Of a DNA stretch of 64,000 nt, positions 25,600 through 39,560 are shown in pieces. The notes beneath the pieces were generated by a model that saw only the letters and a program-made list of their open reading frames with translations, did no database searches and had not been told where the DNA came from. How positions within the stretch are numbered: position 1 is the first letter of the stretch; each line of letters begins with the position of its first letter. The DNA lies in the NCBI RefSeq assembly GCF_009914755.1, contig NC_060927.1. One strand, given 5' to 3'. The position numbers and the translations under genes were made by a program. The DNA is from the human T2T-CHM13v2.0 reference genome, Homo sapiens.

Positions 25600-26065
25600 T
25601 ATCCCTGAAACAGTAGAAATAGGTCCAATAGACTTTAGATATTGCAATCATCAGACATAAACATAAAATAAATATGTTCAGTACAGCTGAAGTATTAGTA
25701 TATAAGATTAAAATTCTGAGAATAGAGCATGAATATTTTTTAAATGAAATAAAAAAACAATGGTGCAAAGTTTAAAAATCAATGATAGATTAGCTAGCAG
25801 CTTAGACACAGTTAAAGAAAAAATTAACACATTTATGATAGATAAAATAAATTGTATAGAATTCAGTTCACAAAAACAGAAAATATGGAAGAAGTTTACA
25901 TGAAGGATAGTGTGATATATTTTAACATGTCTCAAATCAGCTTTAAACAGGGATATAGAAAAGGAAAGAAGTAATGCTCAAAAAGATAATGGTTGATTTT
26001 TTTTCATTTTTGTTAAAAAAGGTATTAATCTTAAAATCCAGAGGCACTCAAAAGATCCAAGTCAT
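25600..26065 (+). mobile_element. Ancient L1ME-type ORF1 fragment
   Basis: AGCAGCTTAGACACAGTTAAAGA...AAAGATAATGGTTGATTTTTTTTC resembles an old L1 ORF1 segment. Confidence 0.55.
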
Positions 26066-28522
26066 CCAACGCTGGTATCTAAGGACAAAGGAAAACATAT
26101 ATATCCTCACCAGTCATTTGTATCATCCTATATTTCCCATTTACTCTTTTGTGAGGTCACTCCACTCTCCTGGTCTCTAGGTAATGCTCTCTATCATTGC
26201 TGCTTCCAATAAAACTGTTGACAGCTATTGTAATTTGTGGCCTTTTATCTGGATGTAGTCTGGGCCCACTAGTCTTCCAGTCTATCCCCTCTGCTTCTCC
26301 CTGGTTCTGCAAATACCATTTTTCTTAGGTAAGTCTTCTATTAATATATAGTTCCTAGTTAAGTTGTACATTCCACAAATTCTGACTCCAGGTCTTCTCA
26401 TTTCTAACTTCACTATCATTTGAAGATCAGCTCTCTCTCTCTCTCCCATATCCCAGCTATGTTTTACCTTTCTTCTGAGAAACTGGATTCCTTGGGAAAA
26501 AATGAGAAGCCAGAATCTCTTAATCAGTCTCTGCCTAAATGTGCCCTTCTTGCATTTTTATAATGCCAAAGTTACACTGTGTTGGTGTAGGTTCCCAGGA
26601 TTTCACTGGGAAATAATGTCAAGTCTCTTCATATTGGCTTTCTTCTCATTTTCTTTGGCCTATAATGTCTCACACCCCTTGTTTCTAGGAAGTACAAACA
26701 AGGTCTAGAAAGGGAGAGCCTACATATGTGAGGTAATTAACTAAAGCTCCATTATTCAGTCTCATTGTTAGAGAGGTTGCAAAGAGAAAAATAAGCTGAT
26801 TCCCAAGAGAAAAACATAAGGAGGAATGTGACAAATATTTTCCATATGGGAGAAACATTAGCGAGTTCATTGTTCTCTCTTTGTTTCTTATTTATGTGTA
26901 TATTTTACATAGCCTTCTTCTATTTGGAAGGTAACACAAATGAATTTCAAATTATCAGAACTTTCATAGGGATATGTATAATAATTGTTCCCCTATGAAT
27001 GGAAGTCAGTCACTAATATGATATAAATTAAGGCAAATATTTTAGGGAAAATATATTTTAATTAACTCATACATTTTTATTATGTAATTCTTATACTTGA
27101 TTCTTATACTTGGGTTCTTAATAAGTTACTAAGTGTTCTTCATAAATGTTTGATGTTTTCAGGAATTCATGAAATGGCATCTTGTTTACTTGATGTAAAA
27201 TTTACTTATAATCTATTATTGATCTCAAAAAACAAAGAAAGAATATTTTATGCTATCTCAAACCTACAATATTTGTAGTTTATAAAATATTAACATATAT
27301 ATAACAATTTACATATTATTACATAAAATGAGGTTTATTCATCATAATAAATCAAATTACATGAAATTTATGAATTATTTTATAAAAACTAAGATATCAT
27401 TAGTGGAAAAAACTTGGTAAAGTAATAATTCAAATATATGAGAGGCTAACCTTTTAGAAAACCTATGAAATTTAAAATTATTTAAAGTACTATTTATTAA
27501 CACTTATAACCAGCGACTATTTTATGTATATCAAAATATTTTTATTTTTCAAGCATCTTAAGCTAATTATTGGGATAGAACGTTCTAATCTCAGAGAAAT
27601 TTTTTAGTTTTCATAAAAATCACATTTTTGTTATTAAAATTGAAATCCCTAATCCTGATCTGGCTTTGAGGTAATATTCATCGTTTTCCCATTTAACATT
27701 TTATCTTAATAAAAATGTATATGATGTCTGAAATATCACTTACTAAATTCTAAGCAGTGTAATTTTATTACAAATAATAAGTAGTTAGAACTTAAAATAA
27801 CTGATACATTCTTATCAGCTTCAAGAAACCTTATAACAAAACTAAAGTCCTATAATTTCAGATATAACCCCCCTTTCCAGCAACAACAACAAAAATATCA
27901 TTAAAGTTTTACCACTGGTTTATTCTCTACATAATGAATGGATACTTTACAAGAAACATTTTGCCAACTACAAATTATGACTTCTTTTCATCAGGAGTAG
28001 GGCATTATAAGGGAGAAGGGTGTGAAAACGTGATGGGAGTATTGGAAAAGAGAATGAATACAATGGGTAAGGAAGATAATACAATACAATTTTGTAAGTG
28101 ATATTTTATTATGAACATTCCCACAATTCAGTAGCTCTTGACATATTTTTCTTTATAGTAATAAAGCCACAGATTCTTGTTTTTACAGAGCTTTGTAATT
28201 CTTTTGATTCTCCTTCTGAGAAGATTCCTGCTTGTATGGCAAAATGAATGTTTATAGTCTGAATAACTACACAAGGTGACTGTATTGAGACTAACATCTA
28301 CTTACTATAGCCTCTGTTCTCAGGAATGCCAAAAATATTCTACTTTAAAATAATAAAAAGGCAATTTTTAGTGTACAACACTAGAGATCCATATCAACTA
28401 TCTGATATATTTGAAAGTTTAAAAATGCAAAAAATAATGATTATTGTGATCAGTTCTCGTGAGGAACTTTATGATGACACTGGGGATGAGATGCTTATTT
28501 TCTCCAATAGTATTATTCTCTT

Positions 28523-28572
28523 TGTGTGTGTGTGTGTGTGTGTGTGACTGTGTGTGTTTGTGTGTGTGTGTA
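28523..28572. repeat. Interrupted (TG)n microsatellite
   Basis: Read directly. Confidence 0.9.
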
Positions 28573-28936
28573 TCTCTCCCTCTCTTCCCTAAGCTATGAT
28601 TTTCATTTAGATATGTCGTTTTGTGTTTCCAATTTCAATGGAAATGTGTTCCAAATGAATGGCCTGTAGGTTTAGAGATTGACTTTAAATACATCTAGTT
28701 TAATCTCTAATTTAAAATTTAAAATTTTATGAATTAATTGTATATACAACCTCAAAATGAATCATATTTAGCAAAGAAATTTCTTGTGTTCATCTGCATT
28801 TGATTTGCAGACTATCTGATTGATAGATAATATATACTTTTTAAAAATTATGCATGTATGAAACATCATCTAAATTCCTCAAAGAATTCAAAATAATGAA
28901 ATAATGTAATAGATTCTCTATTTTTAAGCAATTCTA

Positions 28937-28971
28937 TTATAAAGAATTAAGTATTTCTTAATTCTTTATAA
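28937..28971. repeat. Perfect inverted repeat, 15-bp arms, 5-nt loop
   Basis: TTATAAAGAATTAAG-TATTT-CTTAATTCTTTATAA. Confidence 0.95.
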
Positions 28972-29729
28972 GCCATGTATCATATCTTGTCTCTTTATTA
29001 GATTTCTTATAGTTTCTTAAATCTTAAATTGTGGAAATTATAACATTAACTAATGTAAGATCTCAAGTCAATTGTTTAATTCTAAATTTAGTGGAGAATA
29101 TTGGCACATAGAAAACATAAATTTTATTTACTATGTTCAAACACATTTTTTTGAACTCAGAAAGATTTTATCTGAAAAAATTGTAACACCCTTTGCACAA
29201 TAAATTTTAAGTGGATAAGTAAAATATTTAAATATATCAGATAATGTGGATGAAGGTAAGTTTAATTTTTAATATTCAACTTTTGTTCTTAATTAACTTA
29301 TAAGTATTCCTTTTGTTTCTTAGATAAATATGTCAAACCTAAGAAACTTTTAAAATGTGCTTATAGTTGGATTAAGGCCTGTCAAAATTACTATTTTGTG
29401 TCTAATGTTTTTATTTGCCCTCACTCATACTAGAAACTACCATTAATAATGGGAAGTACTGCATTTATATAATACAGATTATAAAGGTTATTAATTGGAT
29501 TCCCAACCTTTTGTATACATATGTCACAATCCAGAATATTCATCTCTTTAAATAAAATATTATTTTAAGATTCAATACTGCATATTCACTGTGATAATGA
29601 ATATGCACTGACAAAAGCTCCTTATTTTGTAACAAGCATATGATTATAAAATATTTTAAGAGTATATTATACACATAACCATATAAAAAGACTATATGTT
29701 TGCTATCTATGTATTCAATTCTGACTTTT

Positions 29730-30141
29730 CTTAGGAACAGATAAATTAGGAGGTCCAGTAACAATTTTCCCTTTGGTTTTAGTCTCCCTTGCAATTAGTT
29801 ATGGCCAAAAGAGTAAGCCTTGGCCACTGATGTATGGAGATAAGTGATGTAAGCCTTTTTCAGGATTATTCTAACACAACTTGACACATCTCGTACTCTA
29901 TACTGAGTTTGCAGTTCCCCCTTCCTGCTGAATTGAGGATGACTCTCGGGGAGATATTGGAAAACAAACTTAAATAAGAAGCATATTCTTCATTCATGAG
30001 ACAACGAATCCACAAAGGGCGATATATCAAGCAGCACAAACCTCTTCCCACCAACAATTAGAATTTAGTGAAAAATAAAATTATATTAAGCTTTTGATAT
30101 TTTGGTGTTATCTGTTATGGGGGCTAGTGTTAACCTAACAC
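29730..30141 (+). mobile_element. MaLR LTR (MLT1I/J-like)
   Basis: CTCCCTTGCAATTAGTTATGGCCA...TGGCCACTGATGTA..AAGTGATGT, and 3' end AAATAAA...TTAAGC..TTGATATTTTGG. Confidence 0.55.
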
Positions 30142-30392
30142 GAATAAAAATTATAAATTGTTTACCTTATGTGTATCTACGCTCCTTTCATGTTTTACGG
30201 TTTCAACGGACATTCCTTATTTGATCAATTATTCTAGAAGGGGTAGCTATTTTGTGTTATGACCTTATCTAAGAATAGAGATAGTAGGGACATAGTTAAC
30301 TATGAATGTAATCATTTTTGGAGTGGTGGATGTAGTTGTAATTTTTATTTTTCTCATATGTTGACTAAATGGGTTACAATAGAGGAACATAA

Positions 30393-30550
30393 AAAAGCAA
30401 CATTTACTGAACACCTATTATGTGAGGATTCTATGTGCCATTTGGTTAGCCTGATATTAAACACTTATTATTTTGTTTCATTCTCATAGAAATCCACTTA
30501 CATGTGAATAACCTGAGGTTTCCAGAAACCTTAAATAACTTGTAAATGGA
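30393..30550 (-). mobile_element. MIR fragment
   Basis: AACATTTACTGAACACCTATTATGTG...CTGAGGTTTCCAGA..TTAAATAACTTG. Confidence 0.55.
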
Positions 30551-32079
30551 GGGCCAGAGTGGAGTTACATCGAAGAGTCAATTATATGGTCATTATAATC
30601 TATTCTGAAAACATAAAAGTTAAGGATACATAATACTATTTTACCATTGTTTTGTGGATTTTTAAAATGTGTTGTAATGATTTTGCTTGTAAAAATTTCC
30701 TTTCTTCCTTAGTTTTCTATTTTAACATATATAAAAGAGTTCTAGACATTTTCTTTTTCTTATGATATTTGTAAAATATCTGCTCTTTAAATATCTTGCT
30801 GCTTTCTGCAAAGCTTGACTGTTTTTAATTGCTGGCTGCCATTCTTCAGCTGATAAACAGTTTCAGCATCATTTAGCTTGGTAAGCATTTGAGTTTTATT
30901 TTTTATTTTTTTATTTTTGGTATTGCATAAAATGTGGAATTTGTAAAGCTCATTATGTAGAATGATTCATTTCATGGAAATTTCAATTTGCATTACTCAT
31001 CTTTAATTTGCATCTAGCACCAGGACTTAAGAACATACACTGGATATACTCTGCAGGTCAGAGGATACATTTTCAGTGATCATTTTAAAAGCTTTAATTA
31101 ATATGCACATGAATAATATTTTCTCTTCACAAAATAGTATCCTAAGGGAAATTGACTAAAGATAATATTGGTACTCAATTTCAATATCTAATTCCAGCTT
31201 AACACTTAATTTTTAGACAGCTATCTGTATGTGTACTTATTGTCTACATACAAGAGAAAGGACACCAATAAATATTTATTTGACAGTAATTCTGAAATTC
31301 ATATAGAAGCCCTAAGGACCTTGGTTTCAGAGTCTATCCTTATTTTCCTACTCCACCCTCTTCCCATTACCATTTTGAATTATTAGGTTGTTCAATAAAC
31401 AAGGCAAATGCTTGAAAGTTTGACACCAATCCATACTAATGACTGTGATTGCACATTGGAATCCACTTGAATTGATATTTCCTTTGTGTTGACATTACTC
31501 TACACAGCTTACAGGCTTGGCTGGTAAATTTTCAAGTAGGTCATTCTTCATCTGCATCTGTTTCAGTTTCTCTGTCATAATTAGAAAACAAAGAGAGAAG
31601 AGCAGACTCAGCAAACTGAACAAACTAATTAAAAGGCAAACATAGAGATTATTTTCCCCATTCATGTGAAATTACCAAATTTCTTTAAAAATTCAACTAT
31701 TTTAATAAGAATATGAAACTATAAGAAAACAGATTTTTCAAAATTATCAAATGATCTCTGATTTTAATTTTCTTTGGTTATTATGAAGAAAGCTTTAAAG
31801 CAGTTTCATTCTCATGAAGAATTTAATTCTTATACATTTAAACATAACCAAGTTATTATAGTTCCCATAGAGATGCCAACTACTTACAAATTGTTAAATA
31901 TTCACATACAGGTATACACCTTGATGAAATGTTATGCTTCAAAATAAACCAGTTAACATGAATGTGAGATCTGTCTGTGTATAAAGAGACAAGAAACTGA
32001 ATTAGAAACTTTAATTTAGTCAAATAATTCAATAAATGTTTAATGAACATTTATTTTTATAATATACCATGTATTATAT

Positions 32080-32800
32080 AAAAACAATTTCCTTTTATTT
32101 CTATTAGCTAAATATCTGCCCTGATTTATTTCATTGGTTTTACTTTGCAAGGATCTCAAATACGTGTACTGCATTTCAATTATGCTCTGCATGTATCATT
32201 TACTTCAAATCATGTTTGTCCTTTTAAATTTTTATTAAGATTATTTTCCCTTTTCATTCTCTACTTTATTTACTGTACTTGTTATGGTGTGCATTTTGTT
32301 CTTATTTTTTTCTTAAGTTAGCCTTTATTTCTGAAGTGGGTTTTTATTTATAAAATGGCTTTTTTTCCTAGTATTTTCTGATTTTTGTCAGTTCTTATTT
32401 TTTCTGCCTCTTATTATTTAGATGTCTAATTTCTGAGCAATCTTATTTTTTATCTTTGTTATTATTTTGATATATTGTTTTGTTAATTTATTTTTTTGCA
32501 TTTTAAAAATTAGATGATCGTTTTTATATGATTTGTAGCCCCTATTCTTCTAATGTTTTTAGCTTTTCTTGTAAAAAAATTGATTAAATTTTATTCTTTC
32601 TCAGGATAACTTTGAATAAATCAATTTTCTTCCTCATGTTTGGATAATATTGGCTTCATGTGAAGAGAGTGGTAAAGCAAGGCTACTTCCCAAATTTTAC
32701 AGCTTCAGTGTTTGCTTACCTGTTAGCACCATGAACAACTCAAAACGTGAACTTTCTGAGTAGCTAGCTACTTCAAGATCTATTAGTTTTACCCCCACTC
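32080..32800 (-). mobile_element. HAL1/ancient L1 ORF1-like fragment
   Basis: T-rich strand bias and motifs resembling recalled HAL1. Very diverged. Confidence 0.4.
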
Positions 32801-32922
32801 CGAATATTTTGTGGTTGTTTTTATTGCCTTTTGTCGTATCTTGATGACATTGAAATCACAGAAGAATGAGCAAACAGAAAGGAACCAGAGTTGGTTCAGA
32901 GTGGAATGTTTTAATTAATAAG

Positions 32923-33277
32923 TGATATGGTTTGGCTTTGTCCCCTCCCAAATCTCATCTTGAATTCCCACGTGTTGTGGGAGGGACCCAGTGGGAGGTA
33001 ATTGAATCATGGGGGGCAGGTCTTTCCCATGCTGTACTCATGATAGTGAATACGTCTCAGGAGATCTGATGGTCTTATAAGGGCTAGTTTCCCTGCACAA
33101 GCTCTCTCTTTACCTGCTGCCATCCATGTAAGATGTGACTTGCTCCTCCTTGCCTTCCACCATAATTCTGAGGCCTCTCCAGCCACGTGGAACCATAAGT
33201 GCATTAAACCTCTGTCTTTTGTAAATTGCCCAGTCTCAGGTGTATCTTTATCAACAACAAGAAAACAAACTTACACG
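32923..33277 (+). mobile_element. THE1B-like solo LTR (MaLR)
   Basis: TGATATGGTTTGGCT..TCCC..CCCAAATCTCATCTTGAATTCCCACGTG...ATTAAACCTCT...GCCCAGTCTCAGGTG. Confidence 0.93.
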
Positions 33278-33949
33278 ATGATTTTGGAATTGGATTGCTT
33301 TTATATGTTGACAGAGTTCAAGGTCTGAGTATGGAAGTGGCTGAATTGAAGTGGAATAGAGAAGATGGTCAGTGGTGATAAACATAGTAGGAACCTGATT
33401 AGACAGATGAATTGATGGAATGTTTGGCTGCTCATACAAGTTGCACAAGTAACATAGCAAAGTTTGGAATTTAAATAAATAGTACAAGTCACATGGCATT
33501 ATTTGATAAATTGTAGGCACTGGAGGTTCAATGAAGGGCAACAAAAAGGATCAGAGGAGAGCATGGCAGGGTCTGATTAAAATTTTGACATTAGCAATAA
33601 TCTCTGAATACTATCTGCAGACATAATGGAAAGCATTGACCACAGAAATAAAAAAATCTGCAAAAATCAATACACAGAACATGATGGAAGTGCCGCCACT
33701 AAGTGGAGTTCTTAATAGCAAGCCATTCAGAGAAAGCATAGAGGTGGAGAGAATATTTACGTTAAAGATATGGGGGAATTTCTTTGTTACAGTGCTTAAT
33801 TCTTAGAACACAACGGACAGGTTAGGAATTCAGGTAGCAAGAAAATTCCGAACTTTAAGGTGATAGATGGTAGATGGTCAGGGACACACATACTTTAGTA
33901 TGAACTGGTGAAGACAGGAATAAATAGCGTGGAGAATTTAGTCTTTTTA

Positions 33950-34210
33950 AGGAGAGTGGATTCTGAGCCAAGCATCTGGAGGTCCTACTCCAATCTAAAC
34001 TGATGATTAATAATGTATCTTGAAATATATACAACACTTTACTAATGTAGAACCTATGTAAGCTTAGACAGTTACCCAAATGGTATGAGCTTCAAGTTCT
34101 TCATTTAAAAATATGATAATAATATCTACCACATAGAATCATATTACGTCTTGATAATAAGTAGTTATATTATTATTACCTGGCACATAGAATGTGCTTA
34201 TTAACATGTG
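33950..34210 (+). mobile_element. MIR
   Basis: CTTCAAGTTCTTCATTTAAAAATATGATAATAATATCTACC...CCTGGCACATAG. Confidence 0.6.
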
Positions 34211-35644
34211 TGTTTAAGTAGACCATTAGTCTTTCTTTTTTTATTCCATACATATTAAGACCTCACTCAAGTTATATGGAAATAGTGGGCTGTTTATGTG
34301 AAAAGACATGGCATTTTATTTTTATGCAAGTCTTTATTGTTCAGATTATAGGTACTAGGGAATATAGTTTTTGTTGTTTTTGTATTAAAAAGGGAATTCT
34401 ATGTTGTGACCTGAAAGACTGAGGTGAATCTCATGTATCATTACTGTAAGGTGTCCATTAAAGTATATAATCAGAAACTTGATTATTTAATTGCTAAGGC
34501 ATTCAGCATATGTATTGTCAAAATAATTGTGAGTATCTTTTTAGGATATGATCATCAAAAGGATCTTTTAGGATATGATCCAATGCAAGCAATTTTAGAA
34601 AATTTTACCAACTCTACTAACAAATGTCAAACAGTATAATCATGGGACTACATATGAAAAAAATAATAATAAATTAGTTTTCTAACTCAAATTTATTAAC
34701 TCCCGTGTCAGTCTAGTTGAAATTTTCCAAGCAGAAATGCTAATATTAAATGTACTAGCTTTCCTACTGAAAGCCACTCAGGGCTCTCTTGCAACACTAG
34801 CATCAATTTTTAACAAGCACAGGCAGAATTTTTCATTATTTTGAGATGGGTAGCAGATGATCTACAAATGTTTTTCCAAATTTGCATACCTAGAGAAGTT
34901 TCAGTACAGTAATTTGTAAACAATGTTTATACATACAGTACTTTACAATACTTTGCATGATAACATCATTTATTCAGTTAAACTAATTGCATGGCTTTAG
35001 AACAAAGGTACTATAAGTGGGAGGAAACTGGGAAAACAGTATGAGAAATCACTCTCAATTGCAGAATAACTCATTTATCAAGCTGAACATCCAGTGCAAA
35101 TAATGCAGAAACTTAGCAGAAGGTATTCTATATTCCACAGCACAAATTCCTTCCTTAATTACTAATTTTTCTCTCATGTTCATTGAAGTATTCCTCATTC
35201 CAGAAAATTATTTTTTATGACTCAGTCACATAAGCCTCAATTCTCATCAGATGTTTAAAATACAATTAATACATAATTGATTGAAATATAACTGCTGACT
35301 TCCAATTTATTTTGCATTGTGGACACATTTTCTTTTAAAAAAAATCTCCATTGCCTTATTTTTAAGTGGACAATTTTGTATTTATTTACATTAGGTTACA
35401 GGAAACCTTCTATATTTGCATTAAACCCTTATACACACACAGACATACACACTCACACACACACTTTTGAAATCTAAGTTCATATTTATGCAGAATCACT
35501 AGTAAATGTTGTGCCTGGTTAGATGAAAATTCTTATTGACATTCATTTTCTAATTTGAGACACGCTAAATTGCCAACATTACATAGTACCTAAAGTGACT
35601 AAGACTATGCATGTAAAGCACATAATGTTCTACGAATTCTAAAT

Positions 35645-35780
35645 GAGGAATCAAGAGTCTAAGGATCTTGATCTCATTTTACCAATAACTATGCCATCCT
35701 GAACAGATTTTGTTTGTCTGGTAACTCAGTTTTCAAACTGGCAAAATAAGATGGTTGGAATAAATGATCTCTAAGATTGA
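35645..35780 (+). mobile_element. MIR3/MIRc fragment
   Basis: CTCAGTTTTC..CTGGCAAAATAAG..GGTTGGAATAAATGATCTCTAAG. Confidence 0.5.
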
Positions 35781-36976
35781 CCCAAACTTTGGAATATGTT
35801 TCTGTTTAGTGGGAAACCGGTTTGGTACACGGCATGATCTCATCACTTTGTATTGCTTCATCTAGTTATTAAAGATTTAGGGCTAAAAATTGCTTGTAAA
35901 AATGTGTAAATATAAGCATCTGTTGTTACTCACTCTGCCAAGGGAAAAAACTCAGTGTACAGAAATAAATTGTTTAAAATGCTGGATGTTTTCATCTAGA
36001 TAAATCATTAAGTATTGAAATTTTTATTCCCAAGTTATCTTGAGAGATTTCACATACACTTAACCAGATAAAACTATGTTTCAAGTCCGGTTTCAAATTT
36101 TTTATATTAGAAATTTAACATACAATTTATACTAACATACTTTGGTGGATGAAATAAGAAAGAACAATCTATACTCTTTTCCAGTTGCTAATTCATAGAG
36201 GACTTATTTTTTAAACATATTTGCCTTACTATAAACGATGAAGAGTCTTGTTCCATGTTTCCCTTTTATCATTAATCTATAAATGAATTTAAATGACTTT
36301 GAAGTCTAAAGCTGGAAGTGTCAACATATTTTAACTTCGTCTATTATTTATTTATTTATTGTTGTATTTATTGTTTTATTTTCTTTTTCTTGTGCATTCC
36401 AATGGCTCATTTTGCCATAGGGTTAGTGTAAACATAAAGTTAGGCATTACTTAAAACTAAATAAAATACGAATTTGAACGTTGCTTTATTTCTTTCAATA
36501 TCTTGATGAACAAGGAACTGACTTGATTCTAAGTATTACAGATTAACCCAGCCAGTGGAAATCTTGGCAAAGTTACTCATTAATTGTTCTGCCTGTATAA
36601 TTCAGTTGCTTTAAGTATTATGTAATCATCTTTAAAAAACCAAAGAAGTCATTGTACGATTAAAAGGATGTTATATCTTTGTAAAGTGAACAGCGAAAAA
36701 ATATCTCTGGCTATTTGTTTTATTTAACCCTAATTAAGAAATTAATAATTAGGCAAAAGTACAAAAGAACTACAGTATGTAGCCTCTGAAAGACAATCTA
36801 CAAAGACAATCTACAAACAACATTAAACACTGTTACTTATTGAAGTTTAGTATTCCTTTCTGGCCTTTCTTGATTGTTGACTTTGAAGAACTTACACAGA
36901 ACATGAAAGAATCAAAGTTAAAAACAAATTAAGAAACAATACCTTTGAGAAGTATATTTAATATTTATATATATAC

Positions 36977-37269
36977 TTTTTTTTTGAGACGGAGTTTCAC
37001 TCTTGTAGCCCAGGCTGGAGTGCAATGGCATGATCTCAGCTCACTGCACCCTCCACCTCCTGGGTTCAAGTGATTCTTCTGCCTCAGCCTCCTGAGTAGC
37101 TGGGATTACAGGCGCACACCACGACGCCTGGCTAATTTTGTATTTTTTTAGTAGAGATGAGGTTTTACCATGTTGGCCAGGCTGGTCTTGAACTCCTGAC
37201 CTCAGGTGATCCACCCATCTTGGCTTCCCAAAGTGCTAGGATTACAGGCATTAGACACCACACCCTGCC
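36977..37269 (-). mobile_element. AluSq-like, full length
   Basis: GAGTTTCACTCTTGTAGCCCAGGCTGGAGTGCAATGG diagnostic 3' end, dimeric structure. Confidence 0.93.
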
Positions 37270-38967
37270 TAATTTTAATAATGTTTTACATGAAAAAGTT
37301 ATATTCAGTGTAAAATATACCATATCTTTTCTTTTTTGTGGATAATTAAATAAATTTGTCACAAGTAAAATATTATAAATCTAAATCGCAAAAATCTCAG
37401 CTTTGTATCATTCTGTAACTCTTGTTACCCAACCCAATCTCTACGTCATAAGTTAGCTATAGATATAATTAGGCTATTTCTTGTGAACCCTGTTAAAGAT
37501 GCCTTTCTTCATCAAGACATTGATTGTTTCTTTTAATTAAAATCTTTATAAAAATATAAGATGTCAGTTAAGAAAGATAGAACTCACAATATAGAATAAA
37601 CAAATATAGCTTGATAACTAGTTAATATAAGCATTTAGGCATACCTTTATGTCTTTCAACTAAAGTAGAAATAGCCCTGCTTTTAACTTTGAATGCATAT
37701 CTAAAGCCACATACACACACACCTAAACAGTGACACTAAGAAACTTATGGCCTGGCACTCTTTGCTAGTTCCTACAGAATTGCCCCACATGTGAGATCAA
37801 TAATGGTATAAAGGCTGTTCTCTATAGACTGAGGCTCAAGAGCGCAGAGATTTGATACAACTCAATATGTCCCCTGATGTAGTCAAGGTTTCAAGTTTTA
37901 AATATATCAGTTATTGTAGTTTACTAAGTTAGAAAGCTAACTCCAATTTCTCAAAATTTCTCAAAATTATTCCATGGTATTCTACACAGCACATGACTTT
38001 GAGGGATGTAGTAGTGTCCCAAAAGATTGACCAAAAATAAACTGCCAATTATTTTTAATTATAGCTACTGTTATGTCTTTATATTACTATAATTTGGGGT
38101 AGGAGTATGCATTCACAATGAGGAGCTAGGATTTTTGTAGAATGGAAGTCTCCAGCTCCACTTTTTGCTAATTCTGGCCTTGTTCAAAACTATAAATTTA
38201 GTAAATCATTGATTGCATTTTTATGTGTACATCTCAACTCATATTCTTCTGTAGAGAATTCTTTGTATTTTTGTTTGTTATTATCCAGAATTTTTTTTCT
38301 TAAAATATGGGAATATTCTACCTAAAATACCTTGGATTTCTTCTTCAGTGATTTTATTACAGCCATTACATAAGTAATAACAGAACATAAAATGCTAAAA
38401 GAATTTGAGATTTAACATTGTGTGATTGTGGACATGTTAAATATTCTGTCTCTGCAAAATGCTCCATGAAGTGTTCTGAAAATTTTTCTTTGCAGTGTCG
38501 GTGAGATTGTTTTACTGAAATCCTTTGATTTAGATAGGGAAAAGATGTCTTCTGGGATTTAAGATTTAATATTCACATTTAAACATTTCTCTGCACACAT
38601 TAAAAGACTTGCATGGTTGCATTAAAAAACTCGCATGGTTACTGAATTCAAGTCAGTAATTTTAATTCTTAGGATAGTTCTTATGAAAATTACTTTGAAA
38701 TTTTTAAATATTTAAACTAAAAGGATGCTCACTATGCTATTGATTACAAGAGTGAGGAATGATAGACAATTAGAATGTGAAACAGTAGTAACAAAGATAT
38801 AGTTCATAAACATACATTAATGAAATACTATAGAATCATTAAATGTTAAATATTTGGAAAATATTTTGTCTATTATTAAGTAACCTAGTCCTTAGGCCAT
38901 TTTATTGGTATGAAATATACATGCACAGAAATGGTGGAAAGTCTATGAAATACACATTTTAATTGGC

Positions 38968-39560
38968 TGCGGCAGATTAAAGATGGCCCCAAACTCTGAC
39001 ATTTCTCCCATTGAGTGATGGCATGTATTTCCCCTCCCCCTGAATCTGGGAACACTTTGGGCCTGCTTTGATTATAAAATATTTGATGATTATATATCTG
39101 TTTTCCATTCCAGACTTTAAGGTACTGGCAGCTTTTTCCATTTCTCTCTTTTTTTTTTTTTTTTTGGAAATCTTGCCTTGAGGGAGGTGGTCACCTGTCA
39201 CCTGCTACGTTTATAGTCCAACTACCCTGACTACCCTGTTTTAAGGAAGCCCAACTAGCCATGGGGATACACTACATGAAGAGACAACACACACACACAC
39301 AGAGAAAGAGAGAGAGAGAGAAGATGCTCAATTAGCCCTCAATATTTCCAGACATCCCAACAGGAGCAAGACATGTGGGTGAAGTAGGCTTTAGGTGATT
39401 CCAGACCCAACTACCGTATAACTGCATTGCATGAAGGACTCCAAGATAGAATCAGCCTGCTGACCCTGGTAACCCACAGAAGTATGAGACACAATGATAA
39501 AACACTGCTTCTAGCATCTAAGTTTGGATGTGTCTTCTTATGCAAAGATAGATAAATAAG
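38968..39560 (+). mobile_element. MLT1H-like MaLR LTR containing (CA)n(GA)n
   Basis: TGCGGCAGATTAAAGATGGCC...CCCCTCCCCCTGAATCTGGG start. 3' end CTAAGTTTGG...TTATGCAAAGATAGATAA. Confidence 0.8.
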
